Positions 8,620 through 23,400 of a DNA stretch of 64,000 nt are shown piece after piece. The notes below the pieces were generated by a model, which searched no databases, was not told the DNA's origin, and was given only the letters and a program-made list of their open reading frames with translations. Made by a program: the position numbers and the translations under genes. Origin of the DNA: Octopus sinensis. Its lineage: Eukaryota. The stretch lies in NCBI RefSeq assembly GCF_006345805.1, contig NC_043001.1:88412001-88476000 (forward strand), given 5' to 3'. The stretch's first letter is position 1. The number at the start of each line of letters is the position of its first letter.

Positions 8620-11600
8620 TATGTACATGCGTAGTTATATATGCATATATTTGTGCATATATGTGTATATATGTATATATATATTTCAGTTTTTCGACCT
8701 TCCACCTATTAAATCTACTTTTTCTCACTTTTTCTCTCATCCTATTTTTGGCTTGTTATGCCATGTGGGCAGAGCCTGTAGATTGAGCTAAGGTGTTAAA
8801 AAATACTGTGTGGCATGTTTTCATCTCATGAAACTAATAGTAGCACATAAAAACATATTGTATGACTGTTAATAAGATAAGCAAAAAGTACTTGGTTCAG
8901 TGAGAGTTAAATATCATTTAACAAATACAAGATTTCTACATGAGCTACTTCAAGTTCCATGCTTGGATAGGAGCTTATATAGTGTATTGTGCACTATCCA
9001 GTTTTTTATTAGAGTTTGAATATTGTTGGGTCCTGTACAATACCCTATACAAATCTGTCTGAATATTGCCCTATCTGAGCATGAAACTTGAAGCGGTTCT
9101 CATATAACTCGTGTGTGTGTGTGTATGGCATGAAACTCTCAGACCTTGAGTCACTCTGTTACATCTGCTAAACATTAATAAAAAAAATATATATATATAT
9201 ATATATATGTTTGTCTGTGCATTTACAATGTATACTACATGTATATGTGTTCACTCTCTCCCTAATTCTCTTTCTCTCTCACACTATACACACACATACA
9301 CACACACACAAATAATATAGACACATGAATGTGTGTGTGTGTACATACCTACATACATACATGCTTGTATATTTGTATTTTATTACTTGCATATCATTCA
9401 TTCATTCATTCATGAGTGCTTTAGAAAAATTATATTAAGTCCCAAAGCCTGATTTCAATTTGTTCATCGCTATCCTTGTATGGAATTTAAATAAAACACA
9501 GGAATGATGATGATGACAATAGTAATAATTATGATGATAATAATAATAATGAAGATAATCAAAATATGTATAATAATGATAAAAATGATATGATATCTCA
9601 GCCTTTTAACAGCAAGTTTCGTATTATTTTATTTTATTTGTTTTTCTTTTTAAATTTTATTTGAAATGGTTTTTTTTCAACTGCATCAAATATATTTTTA
9701 TTTATTTTGAAAATGTTTTTGTTGTTATTTTGATTTAGTTAATGAGAATCTTTCAATGTGATCTCCCTCTTTCTTCCTTATCTGTTCTTTGTGTAGCTTT
9801 ACTGCTGACTGCAGTCAAGGTTATATGATACATATACATCCATACACTCACTCACATGCACACATACATTTTGTATTTGTGTGTGTGAGTATGTGGATCT
9901 TTGTATGTGTGTATGTGCATGTGTGTGTATATATGTGTGTATATATATGTGTTTATATATATGTATATATATGTGTGTGTGTAAATATAGATAGATAGAC
10001 TGATAGATATGTATGTAGGTTGGTAGGTATTTACTCATGTATTGAATTGAAACCTATTTTAATAGATTCTAGCCATTTTCTTTCAATCCTACCCATTTAC
10101 TTACCCACCTTCCCAAATGCCAACCCACCCAACCAACCACTAACCTACCTACCTTTCCTTTGCTATTCTTGGTTGTAGCAGCTTCTTAATAATATAACAT
10201 TGACATAATGGCATAGAGTAACAGTGAAACATCACTGACATTCTCCTCCTTCTCCTCGTCTTGTCCTCATTATGGCAGCAGGAATTACAACAGCACCAAC
10301 ATAGTGTTTATTTTCAACCAATTCCCCTGTCCTATTTACATACTAATTCACTATTGATCATCAACTTTCTCTCTGCCTCTCCTTCTCTCTGCCTCTCCTT
10401 CTCTCTGTCTCTCTGTCTTTCTCTCTTAAACATCTGAAAGCTTCTCATTTTTGAGTTGTGTTTTAGTAATTCATAATTTTTCATGTTCTCTTATTCTCTC
10501 TCTCTATTTCTCTCTGCACCTTTTCTCTCTCCTCCCCTCTCTTTCTCTCCGCCATGCAATATTTTTGAACCGAGATAGTTGTAGTTATCACTTCCATCAG
10601 AGCACCAAAGCTAATTATTTACTAATCTATTATATTTAGGTATATATACACATATACTTATGCACACAGTCACATACGCATTTGCATATATACACTCATG
10701 CATCCATAAATCTGTTGATACACACACTAGAGGAAGGGAGAGTTACTCAAACATATATGAATTAACAGATGATATCGAAACACCCCAACACACATGCACA
10801 TACACAGTTTTACATGTCACCGATCATTCCATGCCAGTTACATCAGATTTTCATTCGATCCTCAACATTTCAATGAAATGAAATTATTTTGTTTTCTGTA
10901 CCTTACCTAATGTTGATGTTGGGTCTGTAGTAACTATGTCTTGCTGCAATGTTATCACTATATTATCATATGAATTACGTATTGTTGTTCCCATTATTGT
11001 AGCAGCAATAGCACAGCTGTTACAGTAGCATTATTAGTTACATAAATAGTAATAGTAGTATTTGTATTAATTGTAACAACATCAGGAAGTGCAATAGTAG
11101 TATCACATCCACATCATGTATAATAATAGTAGGATTAGTAGTAGTAGCAGTAGCCGCAGCAGCAGCAATAGTAGTAGTATTAGTAGTAGTATTAGTAGTA
11201 TTGGTGATCTCTATAATAGTTTTAATGTCAATTGTTAGAGTTTATCAGGTGTGCTTGCTTTAGATTTCAGTGCAGCTTTAATTCTTTACAGCAAATTTTC
11301 TTTCTCTAATGTGGTTTGCTGTAGGGTGCAACATAAAATTTTCAATTCATGAAGGTTTATAAATCAATGGCCTAAAGTTGTAAGATGATTTATTGTAGGT
11401 AACAACTCCAGTCACCAATACTCTATAGTCACTGTCTCACATACATACATGTGTAAAAAGAAAAACAGATTGCATTGTTGCTTATCCATATATGTACATA
11501 TTGAATGTCTACAGTTGCTACTGCAGTATTCTCAGGTCTTCTGTCCATATCTTTTTTCTTGCTGTCATATGCCTACCCCTTGCCTTAGATTCTATGTTAA

Positions 11601-12513
11601 TTCTTCAGTCCCTCTTTTCCAAACGTGTTCCCATAGTAGCAATTTGTCTACATGTTATCCCAAACCTGTTACAAACCAAAGTAACTATGAACCATTCTAA
11701 ACCTATCCTATCATTGTGATACTGCAATATATTAAAGAGTTGAAATCCGTTATGGAAACTGTGCTGAGGGTCAGATAAAAAATTAGCAAAGTTTGTTGAT
11801 TGTCAAGTAAATTAAATATTTCCAGAAACAGTCAAGATTTAGAGTGCAGTCACTCTATATCTTCAGTTACTGTTTTGTTTTCTTATTAGAAACATTACTT
11901 CTAAGAAAGGTTGCATGTTTGGATTTGCTAATTCACTACCAGATCTTTCCTGAACTGCAGATAGTTCTTGCACAAATTCATTTTTCATGCCAGAATATAA
12001 AGACAACTGAAAGGTGTCAACTGTCCCTATTTATCATCTTCATTCTATGAAACATCATTAAAGCAGGCAATAAATGTTTTTCTAGATAAGCTGTGTCTGT
12101 CACCAATTGGTTTTTTTTCTCAGAAAAAGACTTTTCAAATAAGAGGTGTCTTATTTAACAATTTTCAGTTAATGTAACACCATTAATCAGAACAGTACCC
12201 ATTATTTCTCTGCTGGTTTGTCAGTTATTTTCTTCCCCCAATGTCCTGCTATTCTTGGTAAGATAAATGGAGGTAAATCTAGAATTATCTTGCTTTGAGA
12301 CACTCAAATACATATAGTGTGATTTGAATTCTTGGACCTAGTGCTAGCAGTCTGATACTAAATCATTCTAACCCATATTTTTATTTCTATCAAGTGTTCT
12401 CATTGCCAAAATGTTTCTTAAATATTTATATTGTGAGAAATGACAAGTTCGAAACTGTTGGAGATGGCTTGCAATGGTGGTCACATTGAACACTAATATA
12501 TTGTGCTGTTAGG

Positions 12514-12727
12514 AAGGCGGTGAGCTGGAAGAATTGTTAGCACGCTGGGCGAAGTGCTTACCAGTATTTCGTCTGTCTTTATGTTTTGAGTTCAAATTTC
12601 GCCAATGTTGACTTTTCCTTTCATCCTTTTGGGGTCGATAAATTAAGTTCCAGTTGCATACTGGTGTCGATCTAATCGACGGGCACCCTCCCACAAAATT
12701 TCGGGTCTTGTGCCTAGAGCAGAAATA
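12514..12727 (+). mobile_element. tRNA-derived SINE (family A)
   Basis: AAGGCGGTGAGCTGG head, GAGTTCAAAT B-box, TTTCATCCTTTYGGGGTCGATAAATTAAGT body; same family as the other A copies. Confidence 0.85.
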
Positions 12728-13983
12728 AATATATTGTGTTGTTGGGGCAAATTTTGCTTTTGTGCAGTATATATAGAGCAAGTTGACCTGGTATCTATCT
12801 GTAAGCTGGTAAAACCGTCATCAAATGTAAAGCATTCTGCTTCAGTTGTTGATACCTCTCCTATGGCTGTTACAACTGTTGCTACTGTCTCCTATAGAAC
12901 TTCCAGTATGTCATATAGATGGTGCTTTTTTTTTTAATTTTTCATCATGCCAGATAGATGAGGGATAAACCTCTTTGTTGATATGTCTCCAGTATATTAG
13001 GAATAAAATTCCCCAATAAATCTGGTAGGTGTTTTTAGAGAACAAGATTTATGAAATAAAATAAAGGCCCTACCAAGTGACACTGTGGAATGTTTAATAC
13101 TTTAGGCTCACTGGACAATATATTCAGCAGTTTTGAATTCATGCCACATATGTTGGTTATCTAATAATTTCTGTTGTTCTTCTTTTGCCTTTGCATGGCC
13201 CCAAACCATCTTCATGTATTGTTTGAAGGATAGGTCTTCGTACAATATGGGTTTTCATACAGGGCCAAAGTATATCCATAGTTTAAATTGAAAACATTAT
13301 TATAAACCAACAAAACAGTTATCAGTTTTGCACTGTTTCAGATTCCTTCAGCACTCTGACATCTACTTCCAGCCATTGATAATCAAGTATCATGTCACAT
13401 ACTTGTAGTGTAACAGTGACTGAATATGAACCTTTGAACTTTCTTGTTTTTTATTTTTTATCCTGAAGCCAACTCCGATCCTGAAGATATAATTGAATAT
13501 GTTCTAGTTATAACTATGCTGCCTTGTTTACATTATGAAAAACTTTGTATTCAGACTTAGTATATATGTTTACACTGTTTAGTTTCTTTTTTTTAAGATG
13601 GCAGTGTCACTTGACAGAATTTTAGTTGGTAGTTTGACAACATATCAACTTCCCATATCATTTCTTCTCTCCACAGTGGTCATTGTATCTCTCATTTACA
13701 CATAGTATATCTGAGATTACATTCTCCAATGTAATCTTCCTTTTTTTTTTATAGATGGTAGGATATGATTTGAGAAAGCTTTGGCTTCTATTTTTAGAAG
13801 GTTAAGTGATATAGCTCTCTTGTTAAGGTGAATACAATTAAAATAAGAAATCAAAGCAGTTCTTTTCTTGGTGACAATAACAAGGACGCATCATTTGAAT
13901 TTGAAAAGAAGTATTAATATTTTGTTGCATTATAGATCTCTTTTTGATAAAGGAAGCTTTAAATAAACCTATTTTATATCTGT

Positions 13984-14023
13984 ATTATATAGATGTGAAC
14001 AGTGCTATTCACATCTATATAAT
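13984..14023. repeat. Perfect 16-bp inverted repeat with 8-nt spacer
   Basis: ATTATATAGATGTGAA-CAGTGCTA-TTCACATCTATATAAT. Confidence 0.9.
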
Positions 14024-17000
14024 TTAGTGATAGTAAGTGGGATGGTGGGGTGATTTACTAAGTATTATTTTAGAAATACAATAAATAGATGTTGACTGTT
14101 AAATAGGTTGATGAGTAATCAATAGGAAGGCATCAAATAGCACTGATGCAGCTGACATGATAAAGTACATAGGATTGAAGAAGCTATTGGAGGCTGTAGT
14201 GGTTCATGGGGTGTGATAGGTAAGTTGTGATATCTAGACAAGAGCTGTGTATACAGTCAGCTGATTCAGAGAATATTTCTATGGCTGGTTTGATTTGTGC
14301 AGCAGAAATGTATTGAAAAACTGTAGGATAGTGACTTAAACAATCTATTGGTTGGCTAACATGAGAATTGGACTTATGTGTTTTGTGTGTTGCGTGCGTG
14401 GTGAAAGCTATTGGGTTAATATATGCAGGAGAGATAACTGTTTGTGTGGTCAGATGATGAGAATAGATGGCGGTAATAATGGTGGTGATGTTGGTTGTGG
14501 TGGAGGTGGCAATAGAGATAGTTTACTGCGTGAAACATAGCACTAGTTGCCAGGAATAAAGTAGTTGGATCATATCTGTTAAAACGTTAAGCCTCATCAT
14601 TGAAATGATGAATGATAGAAATGAATTGAGAGATGATAGCTTGCAGTCCATGTCAGTTTGTGCTGTGATGGACAACAACAAACAGATATGAAATCAATGG
14701 TAATGATAATGTTGGTGGTTGTGATGCTGCCAACCTAATACTTTGAGTCATTAAAATTATATTTACAGGATAAACTGGCTCTTGTTTGCTAGTGTGGTTT
14801 CCAACCTATTGTTTTCCGACTTTCTAATTGATAAATCTCTCAATTAGTCACAGAAGTCCATAAATCCTGTCATTACTTCCAGATTCTACATTATTAAGAT
14901 CAATCTGAGATAAATTTTCTTCCATGCCAATCTATATTGACAATCCATCACAGGTAACTTTCTCAAAAATCTGTGAACTTCAAGGTAGAATTTAGTGCCC
15001 TGGCTATTGATTGTGAAATAATTGCAGTTCTTTTGCTCCCACAACCTGTTATCAAGTAATGAAATAAATATCAATTTGGTCTTTTATTTCTCCTCTATAT
15101 TGTAAGTTTATTATAGGGTAGACATAAATTTTTAGACATCACAGTATGCGTAAACTAATTAGAAATAATTGGATACATTGGATAGTTGTTAACAGCTGTC
15201 ATATATAGTTTTATAGCAGATAGAAAAAGAGGGGTCACCTGAACTATAGTTTTAATTATGATTATGTTCTCATCAGCAATTACTTACCCTACTCTTAGTA
15301 TCTTAACTGACTCCTGTGAAAATGTATTTAAAAAAGACAAAAAAAATCTTTGCTGTTATGTAATTTGTTTAAAGTAAGTTAAGAGTAGGGTAAGTCATTG
15401 CTTTCATTTGAAAGTATAGTCCAGTCAATCCCCCATTCACTTTGAAATTATATAACAGCCTCTTTGGACTGACACAATAAGTAAAGTATTTTCATTAGAT
15501 TACATTTGCATTGATGGCTAAAATCCATGAATTTACTTCATAGTTAGGTTGAGTATGGAAAACAAACTTGCTGTCATGCCAGTATCATCTATATCTACAG
15601 CCTTACCTTAAATTTTGATGTTTGGAACACTATGCCTTCTTCATATTCTACTTAGCAGCTTACACAAGTATTGAGAAGTGAAGATGTTCAGGTTCCAGAA
15701 ATTTTATGATAAATTTGATAATCTTCTGTATCACTTTATATAAAGGAGTTACTTTTCTCTTATATCAACCCTAATGCTGGAGACCAAAGAAATTCCAGCT
15801 ATAACCTAGACACCTTTTATTTTTACATAGTATGTTTTGTATTGTAACAGCCAATGTCCTTTTTTTTTAAGATGGTAGGGTGTAATTTGAGGGGAATTTT
15901 TGCTATTTTTAATAAGTCAAGTGATCACTTAGATCACAGCATTAGCTGATTCTATTTATTTGACATTCCTTCAAAGCAACAGTTCCTAGATTTCAGTAAT
16001 CTCAGGGATGTTTAACCTCATGGAGAGGATGGTAAAGGACCAGGATAATTGGCAGCTTGCACTTCTGGAAAAAACTTACCCAACTGTGCAAGCATACGAG
16101 CCGGACATTAAAAATGGTGGAAGATGTCATTCTATCAGAAATTAAATGACAAATTAAATAATCTTCTATATGGCTTTATACAAAAGAGACTGAAAAGCAT
16201 AATATATGTTCAGTCAACATCTGCTTTCTTTTTCACTTCTTTGACCCATCTCATCACTCTCTGTTACTCACCTTCTCTCCACTCACTGTCTCTTCTTTGC
16301 TGTACCATGTTGCACATATAACTAAGAAAGGCATTGGACCTATTAGACCCTCTCATCTTCACCACCCTCCCCCTTATTTATTTTATCATGCTACCTGTGC
16401 ATGATACAATTGAAGATTGCAACAGATTTGTTTGTACCTGATACATTCTATTGTCACCCTCACTGTTCTATACTTCCAGTCATCAGTTCTCCCTTGTTCC
16501 TATCATAATACTGTTGTTCATTCACCCATCTTGTTTCTTCTATCATCATTCTCTCTGCTCCTCACCTAAGTCACATTGCCTTGTGTGAATGAACATATTA
16601 GTGAAAACTCTTTAGTTTTATGAGGTACAAAGCATCCTAACTTGTGACGGTGCCATGATAAAATACTATCAATACAATCTAAAATGTGATTGGCAAACAA
16701 GGAGACAATGTGGAGAGGTTCTCATGTCTCTGCCAATATATTATCAAGTTGAGGATCTGACAACTTCTCTTGTGCTTATGCTGCAATGGAATGCAGCCAG
16801 TACTATCTGTAAAGTGGTTGGTAATAGGGTGGCACCAATTCATAGAAACAAAGCTTAAAGCAAAATGTATGACTGAGATGCAGTCCTCCAGCCTGTCTAG
16901 AAAGGTAGTAACTTCAAATAAAAACTGATTGAGGCTGTGACAACCCATCCAAACCATTTCAGCATGAAAAGTGCATGTAAAATGATGGTGACACATATGT

Positions 17001-20000
17001 AATAACCTTCTAGACTCCATTGAAAATGCATAAGTATTGATTTTTCTTTTTTTTATTTTGTAGAATGAGTCACATTTGTTTGTATTGATATATTAGCTTA
17101 ATTAAATACACAGTAACACTTGATTTTATATATTGTCTTTCATAATATTCAGGAATCAGAATCCTACTTTATTGAATCCCTATTTGTAATATGAATTTGC
17201 CCTTGTTATTGGTTCCATCTATCTTAATGCAGCTTCATCTTAATGATACATTAATATTTTGCTATTCCTTGTAGTGATGGTGGTTGCTTTAATACAAACT
17301 TTCAATAGTTTCCACAGAAATGTATTGATGATCTGGAATATTTCATCCCCTTCTGTTTTACTTAGGCATATTGAGATCTATGATATATATGTAAATGAAT
17401 GGGATGCATGTCTGTTGCTGGAACTCACCATTTCAAATTTATCAATGATCAAAATTGTGATATATTGGTGTTCACATATTTCCAAGGAAACATGATTGAG
17501 GTAAAATGCTGTCAATTGGGAATCTAAAGACTTGCAGGATACTTCCGCATTCTCTATGGCACTTGTTCTTGTCAGATTTTTAGTACAGTTTAATTTGTTT
17601 GAGACTTTACTCTAAGTAGCTTCAAACTAATGGCATTGTCTTCTATATTGTTTGTTACTACTTGAAACATGTTGCCTAGTTTAGCACTATCACTTGGCTT
17701 ATGTGTACCTTTGGTGGAATCCAGTGTGTTGCAAGTATTTGGGCCTGATCTCCTATTTGGGGATAACTTCTTACCACCAGTGTAAGAGACCCTGAGAAAG
17801 CTTATGGGCACTTGCCATTCCTTCTTAAACTAACATTAAAAAGATGATATATCATGTCATCATGATATTATGGAGAAAAATAAATGTTAGCTGAGATGTA
17901 ACAATTTACTAAACAGGTTATTTCTTGTATGCTTTCTTTAGCTATTTTGTAAAGCTTTTTTATTGGTTCCTCATCAAGATGAATTCTTCAGGAGAGAGTG
18001 ATTTTAAGGTTTTCCCTATTGATCCATGTATCTTCCTTAGGTGCTCATTGTTTATGGACAATTTCTTTCCATGTCAGCATTTTGTTTTTAGCTAGATTTT
18101 TAGTATCAATATTGGTAATCTAATGAGAATTTTACCATTGTTAGTCAATATGAAATATTGAAATTTAGTGGCTGGAAAATAAGCACTACTGAGTAGGAAT
18201 TTCTATAGAGCTGCATCTTTGATAGAAAGTATTCGGGAAGTATGTAGTTTGTACAGTATTTAAGAACAGATTGAATCATTGATGTGTCACAGGAAGATAA
18301 AGTGCTTATACCTAGTTGGAGGATAGCTTCTGTATAGTTGATATATTTTGGGGTGTATTTAGACTATTTAGTAAATTGTTACATCTCCACTAATATTTAT
18401 TTAAGTTTCCGACTTTGCTATACTGAAGTGATTTTTTTCTTCTTTATCCTTGAAAGAGAAACTCAGCCTTTATAGCATGCTAACTATATAAAAAAAAATG
18501 AGGAGGGCACTGTAAATAGTTAGACATTGTTACATTTATTGTTTGAATGTGAAATTTAATGACTTTCACCTTGTTGTTTATTTTTGTTTACACATGAGAT
18601 GTAGTTTGTGGTGTGTGTGTGTGTGTGCACACACACGTGTGTTTTCATGAGATGTGTAGTCTATGGTTTTTGGTGCTGTTGAAGAAGATTATCAGAAGTG
18701 ATAAGAGCTTCACTGAGAACTTCTGTAAACTTTCATTTTATCGTTGTTGAATAACTTATCTCATTCATCCTTACACTCTGTTGCATGCAGACTTCAGATG
18801 ATGGCTTGAAAGTCACCATGCATTATTTCATTACATCTGCACTGAGATAACACTTACACATACATGCATATGCTGCATGCCTTACTCACACTCCTTACTT
18901 GCAGACATCTTATAAACATTTACCTAGCGTACATGCATATGATTTACACACAGCAACACTTTGTAACCATACACTTAGCAAAGGGTTTTGAATATAACTG
19001 TGTGTGCATGCATAAATGTATACATGTATGTGTACATAGGTGTGCTTGCATGTACGCATTGAAACAAGTAAGTACATTCAATATAAGAAAACATTTTACA
19101 TTGGTGACAGTTATAAAATGTTAAAATATTAATGGTCTGCATTGTAAAGCACAACAACGTTGTTCTAAGCTTTTAAAATATTTTTGATACTTCTATTAAA
19201 TAATTTAAATGTCACCTTTCCCTGTTGCTGTTGCTACTTCTACCACTCATCCATTCAATTGGTACCATATCAAGATGATTATATCTTGCCTGCTAATATC
19301 TCTGCAACAGAAAAACACAGTTCCATCTTTCTAGTTGATGGATTCTTGTTTACTTCTCTGCTGTGTAGTAACCCTCATCTCTCTCTCTCTCTCTCTCTCT
19401 TTCTCTCAACTGTAACTATCTCTCACACAAATTGTATAAAACATGACCTATCTCTTTGTCTTCCATTTTGTATATTACAGAGCATACTTCTCTCTCATTC
19501 TCCTCTTTCTTTCTCTCAATTATTCACTCTCTCTCTGAATATTACAATAATTTCTGATTTCCAAATTATACATTACAAAATTTGCAGCTCTATCTGTCTC
19601 TCCCTCTGTTCTACATTATAATTACTCTGTCCCTCTCACAAACTGTATATCATATTATCTCATCATACATAAATTATACAGTACTTAACCATGGTGCTTA
19701 CTCTCCCTTCTGTTTGAAACTCTGCCCCACACAATCTGCAATCTCTCTGTTTTTCCACCCTCCATCACTGATATTTGTCATAGTTTCCCTATAAAATTTA
19801 ATCTTGCCATTGGTAATTGCTTACAAAATCACTAGGATCTCTCCACAATCCTTAGAAGCTATCAAGATTTCCATTAAACATGCTAACCATAGTCTGGAGA
19901 AAATCTTAAGATAAAATGCTATGAAATAGTTGATATTGTTTACAATTTGACAAAAGTGATCATAGAAGTCTTGGTTATACTAAGGCTGATTACATGCATG

Positions 20001-20104
20001 TGGGATAAAATTGTTAGTCTGATTACTTCCTTCATTTGTTTGAGAATTTAACCAAAAATTACTTTTATAGTCTAGTAAAACATCTTGATGAATACCTTAT
20101 GTCC

Positions 20105-20150
<46 letters not shown>

Positions 20151-20153
<3 letters not shown>

Positions 20154-20390
20154 GTGCCTTTCGAAACACGTGTAGAATGAAATAAAACGATTTCTGTTCA
20201 ATCTGCGTTCAGCTCCATTTCTTCAATTCACCAATAATGTTTTAATTTCAATTATCCGCACCAACGCACGGTTGCAACGCCAGATGGTTGTACCTCCAAC
20301 CGTGCTGTTCACTGCTGTGATTTTTGCTACTAAGGTATCGGTTAAACTTTTGATTAATCTACTACAAGATTATTCATCTTTCTATTTCAC

Positions 20391-20394
<4 letters not shown>
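20151..20394 (+). mobile_element. CpG-rich island between two (TA)n tracts, probable Penelope-like pseudo-LTR fragment
   Basis: Starts CACGTGCCTTTCGAAACACGTGTA, resembling the 3' half of a minimal hammerhead with palindromic ACACGTGT. Contains a 9-bp inverted repeat at 20266-20274/20297-20305. TA tracts at about 20110-20150 and 20395-20422. Confidence 0.45.
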
Positions 20395-20425
<31 letters not shown>

Positions 20426-23400
20426 TTTTCTGTTTTTTCTTTTGTTATGCTTGATTGTCATTTTCTTGGTTAGCAATTGAAATTCGATCATATTATAGTA
20501 ATAAGCTTGTTATTTTTTGATTTAGTGCAATGTAATAGGTTTGTTGCATAAAGAACAATGTGGTGGTGAGGGTAGTTTGTGTGAAGTAGGGTGTGATATC
20601 TTAGGTGTGTTTTATTTGGTACAGCACGTTCGCCTATGCATCTTGTCAACCTGCTTATATTGTATATGATATAATGAGGACGACATGTATAAGGTGCAGT
20701 GTAACTGTGATGACATGTTTGAGGTGCAGTGTAGCTGTGAGGTCATTGTCGTGGAAGGTGAAATGCGGAACTTTGAGTGTGAAAATAAATAAATGTTGGG
20801 TCTCCTCAGACAGTCTGTTCCATTCAGTTTACTTCCAACTTAATACCCTGATGTTTTGATTTTGATTATTGACAAGATACGAAATATAGACTATATCAAT
20901 GGTGATCTATTAATTCCACACCAGGGACTTGATTCTATTCCATGAATAGCTAGGCCCTCTTTTGGAATAATTTCAATAACAGCTACTCTATCTTGTATGG
21001 TATTCAATATCAGTCACCCTCCCTCCCACCTCTCTCTTCTGGTTGCCATGGAATGAATTAACACTCATTCTGTCTCAGAGAACATTTAGGAATTATGTAA
21101 CTTTTGTCCTCAGTAATTTTATATATTTTTTTCTTTCTTGAAATGAATTAATTTCAACAATCTGATAATGAGTCATTGACATTTAGAATGTTGTAGCAAT
21201 ATTTTGCGAGTAAAATCCTTACTTTGCTCTGGGATTAAGTTTTTTTAGTATATCATTTGGTTTTTTTTACTTGTATTTTATTAATTAGGCCTTGTTAATA
21301 TTGATTCTTCCTAACATCTAAATAACTTCAAATCAGTGAAAGGGATTTTGACTGATTCTAAAACTTTTCTATTTTTAACAGTTATCAGTAACATAAAATA
21401 AGGTATATAGATTTACTTAGCATAAAACTTTCTGTCTCATTTCATTGTAAACAGTTGACTTTCTCCTATCTTCCTTTCATCATAAATACAACAGAAAAGT
21501 AGGTCTCTTTTCTTCTACTAACAACTATTCAATATCCAAATTTATCAGTTCTATGGTATGCTTTCTTTTTACTTACAATACTTGAAAATGTCTGAGGAAA
21601 CTATTTTGTTTTGTGCAAGGAACACCATGCAGAATATAACACAAGTGCCACTGTTGTTATGTTGAAATGCTTAACATAATATTTTTCAACCATGTCACCT
21701 CTAAGCTCTGTACCTAATGTAATAAGCTATAAAGATAGGTTCGCCTGGTTACCAAACTCCGTATATTATAGTGTTGTAATACTGAAAGTATTGTGGTATC
21801 CCTTGACACTTAGTATGTCACTATTTATGGTACAATCTTGTTATTTAATTAATTTTTTTTTGCCATTAGGAAATACACTATCTTCAATCTTTTTATTTAT
21901 TCATATACTGTTTCACCATCTAAGCAGCAGTTTTTTATTCCACTTAGTTCATTCTGGGTTTTATTTTTTACTCTTATTCTGAAGTTTTTAAATAAAATCT
22001 TTTGTGTCCTATCTACATATCACATGTAGCATACATAGGCTTTAAATGCAGCATAAATACCTATACATTTTTATTTTTATAATGAAGCTTGCAGATTTTT
22101 ATATACATTACATTGTTACCATTAGCTGTAGGCTACCATATTTTCATAATTTCACCTGTACCATTGAAAAAGATAAGACTGGCTTTTATTTTTCTGTAAC
22201 TCATAGCTGCCTGAGTTCCTAAACAGTGATAACTCTCAGTGGTCCTGACCACCTAACTGTTGATGAGTACTAGCATGGGACTCGGATCCTCATGTAGATG
22301 CAAAGAATGCAACAGGAAACTAATTCAGCTTATCCTCTCTTAAAACTCAATATGAAGACTGTCTTCAGCAGGCATAACTTTTTTTTATTACATCTACTAC
22401 CTTCTGAATGCTAAATAAGTATAATCGGTATACCCCTTTCTTTATATATTAAATGAAATCATTCTTGTTTGATAAGTAATTGGTAATAATTGTAAAGGTC
22501 AGTTATGAGACTGAAGACAAATAGAAGAAAAGAGAGTGTTGCATAAATCAAAATGACTAACTGAATTAGGTCATTCTACTTATAAGGAAACATGACCATC
22601 ATATAGCTATTTGGTAATGAGATTCCATGTCAAGGTCTAAGTATCGCCTAGTATTTGTCCTTGTCAGACTCACATTCCTATAGACATCTTGGAATTATTT
22701 TAATAAAAAGCTATCTATTGCTCCAAACCTCCTTCTTGTCAGGATTAATAATTGAACTAGCAATCAATATATGACAATATAATCTCTAGATTAATACTGT
22801 CATTGCTTAAGGTGCAAGATTTATTGATTTCATACATTGGCAGAATAACAAATAGCTGAAGGCATTGACAGATGTATACAGGAGGGATGACTAGACTGAT
22901 ATAGAATTATTAAGTGACTGGATAATACATGGAGAAGGAGGAAGGGCTGTGATATCTTCAATAGTAATTAGTAGACTTTTGAAAACTTAAAAAGAAGTAG
23001 TTATTGCAAACCTTAGAAAATTGGCTTTTAAAAAAATGTGGACATTGGGTCAGGATGCATGGGGATATAAAAAATATTGTTAGTATGGAAAAACAAACAT
23101 TTGAAACAATAAAGATTGTAATACTAACATTACAGAGAAAGAAAAATCAGATATAGAGTAAGAATTGTCTGTTTAGACAGGTTTGTTGTTTTGAAAAGAA
23201 CTGTTCTGAAAATCATTGAGTTTGATGATTTAGCAAACCTGCTGCAGGATACTGTAGGTGCTTGTCTGTGAACATTAACCACACAGCAGGGGATGAAACT
23301 AATTTTACTCCAACACTCTTATAATCTTTGTACCTTTGCTATATTAATTTTACTCCAGCACTCTACAGATCTTTATCACCTTTGTTATCTATAGCAGTGA

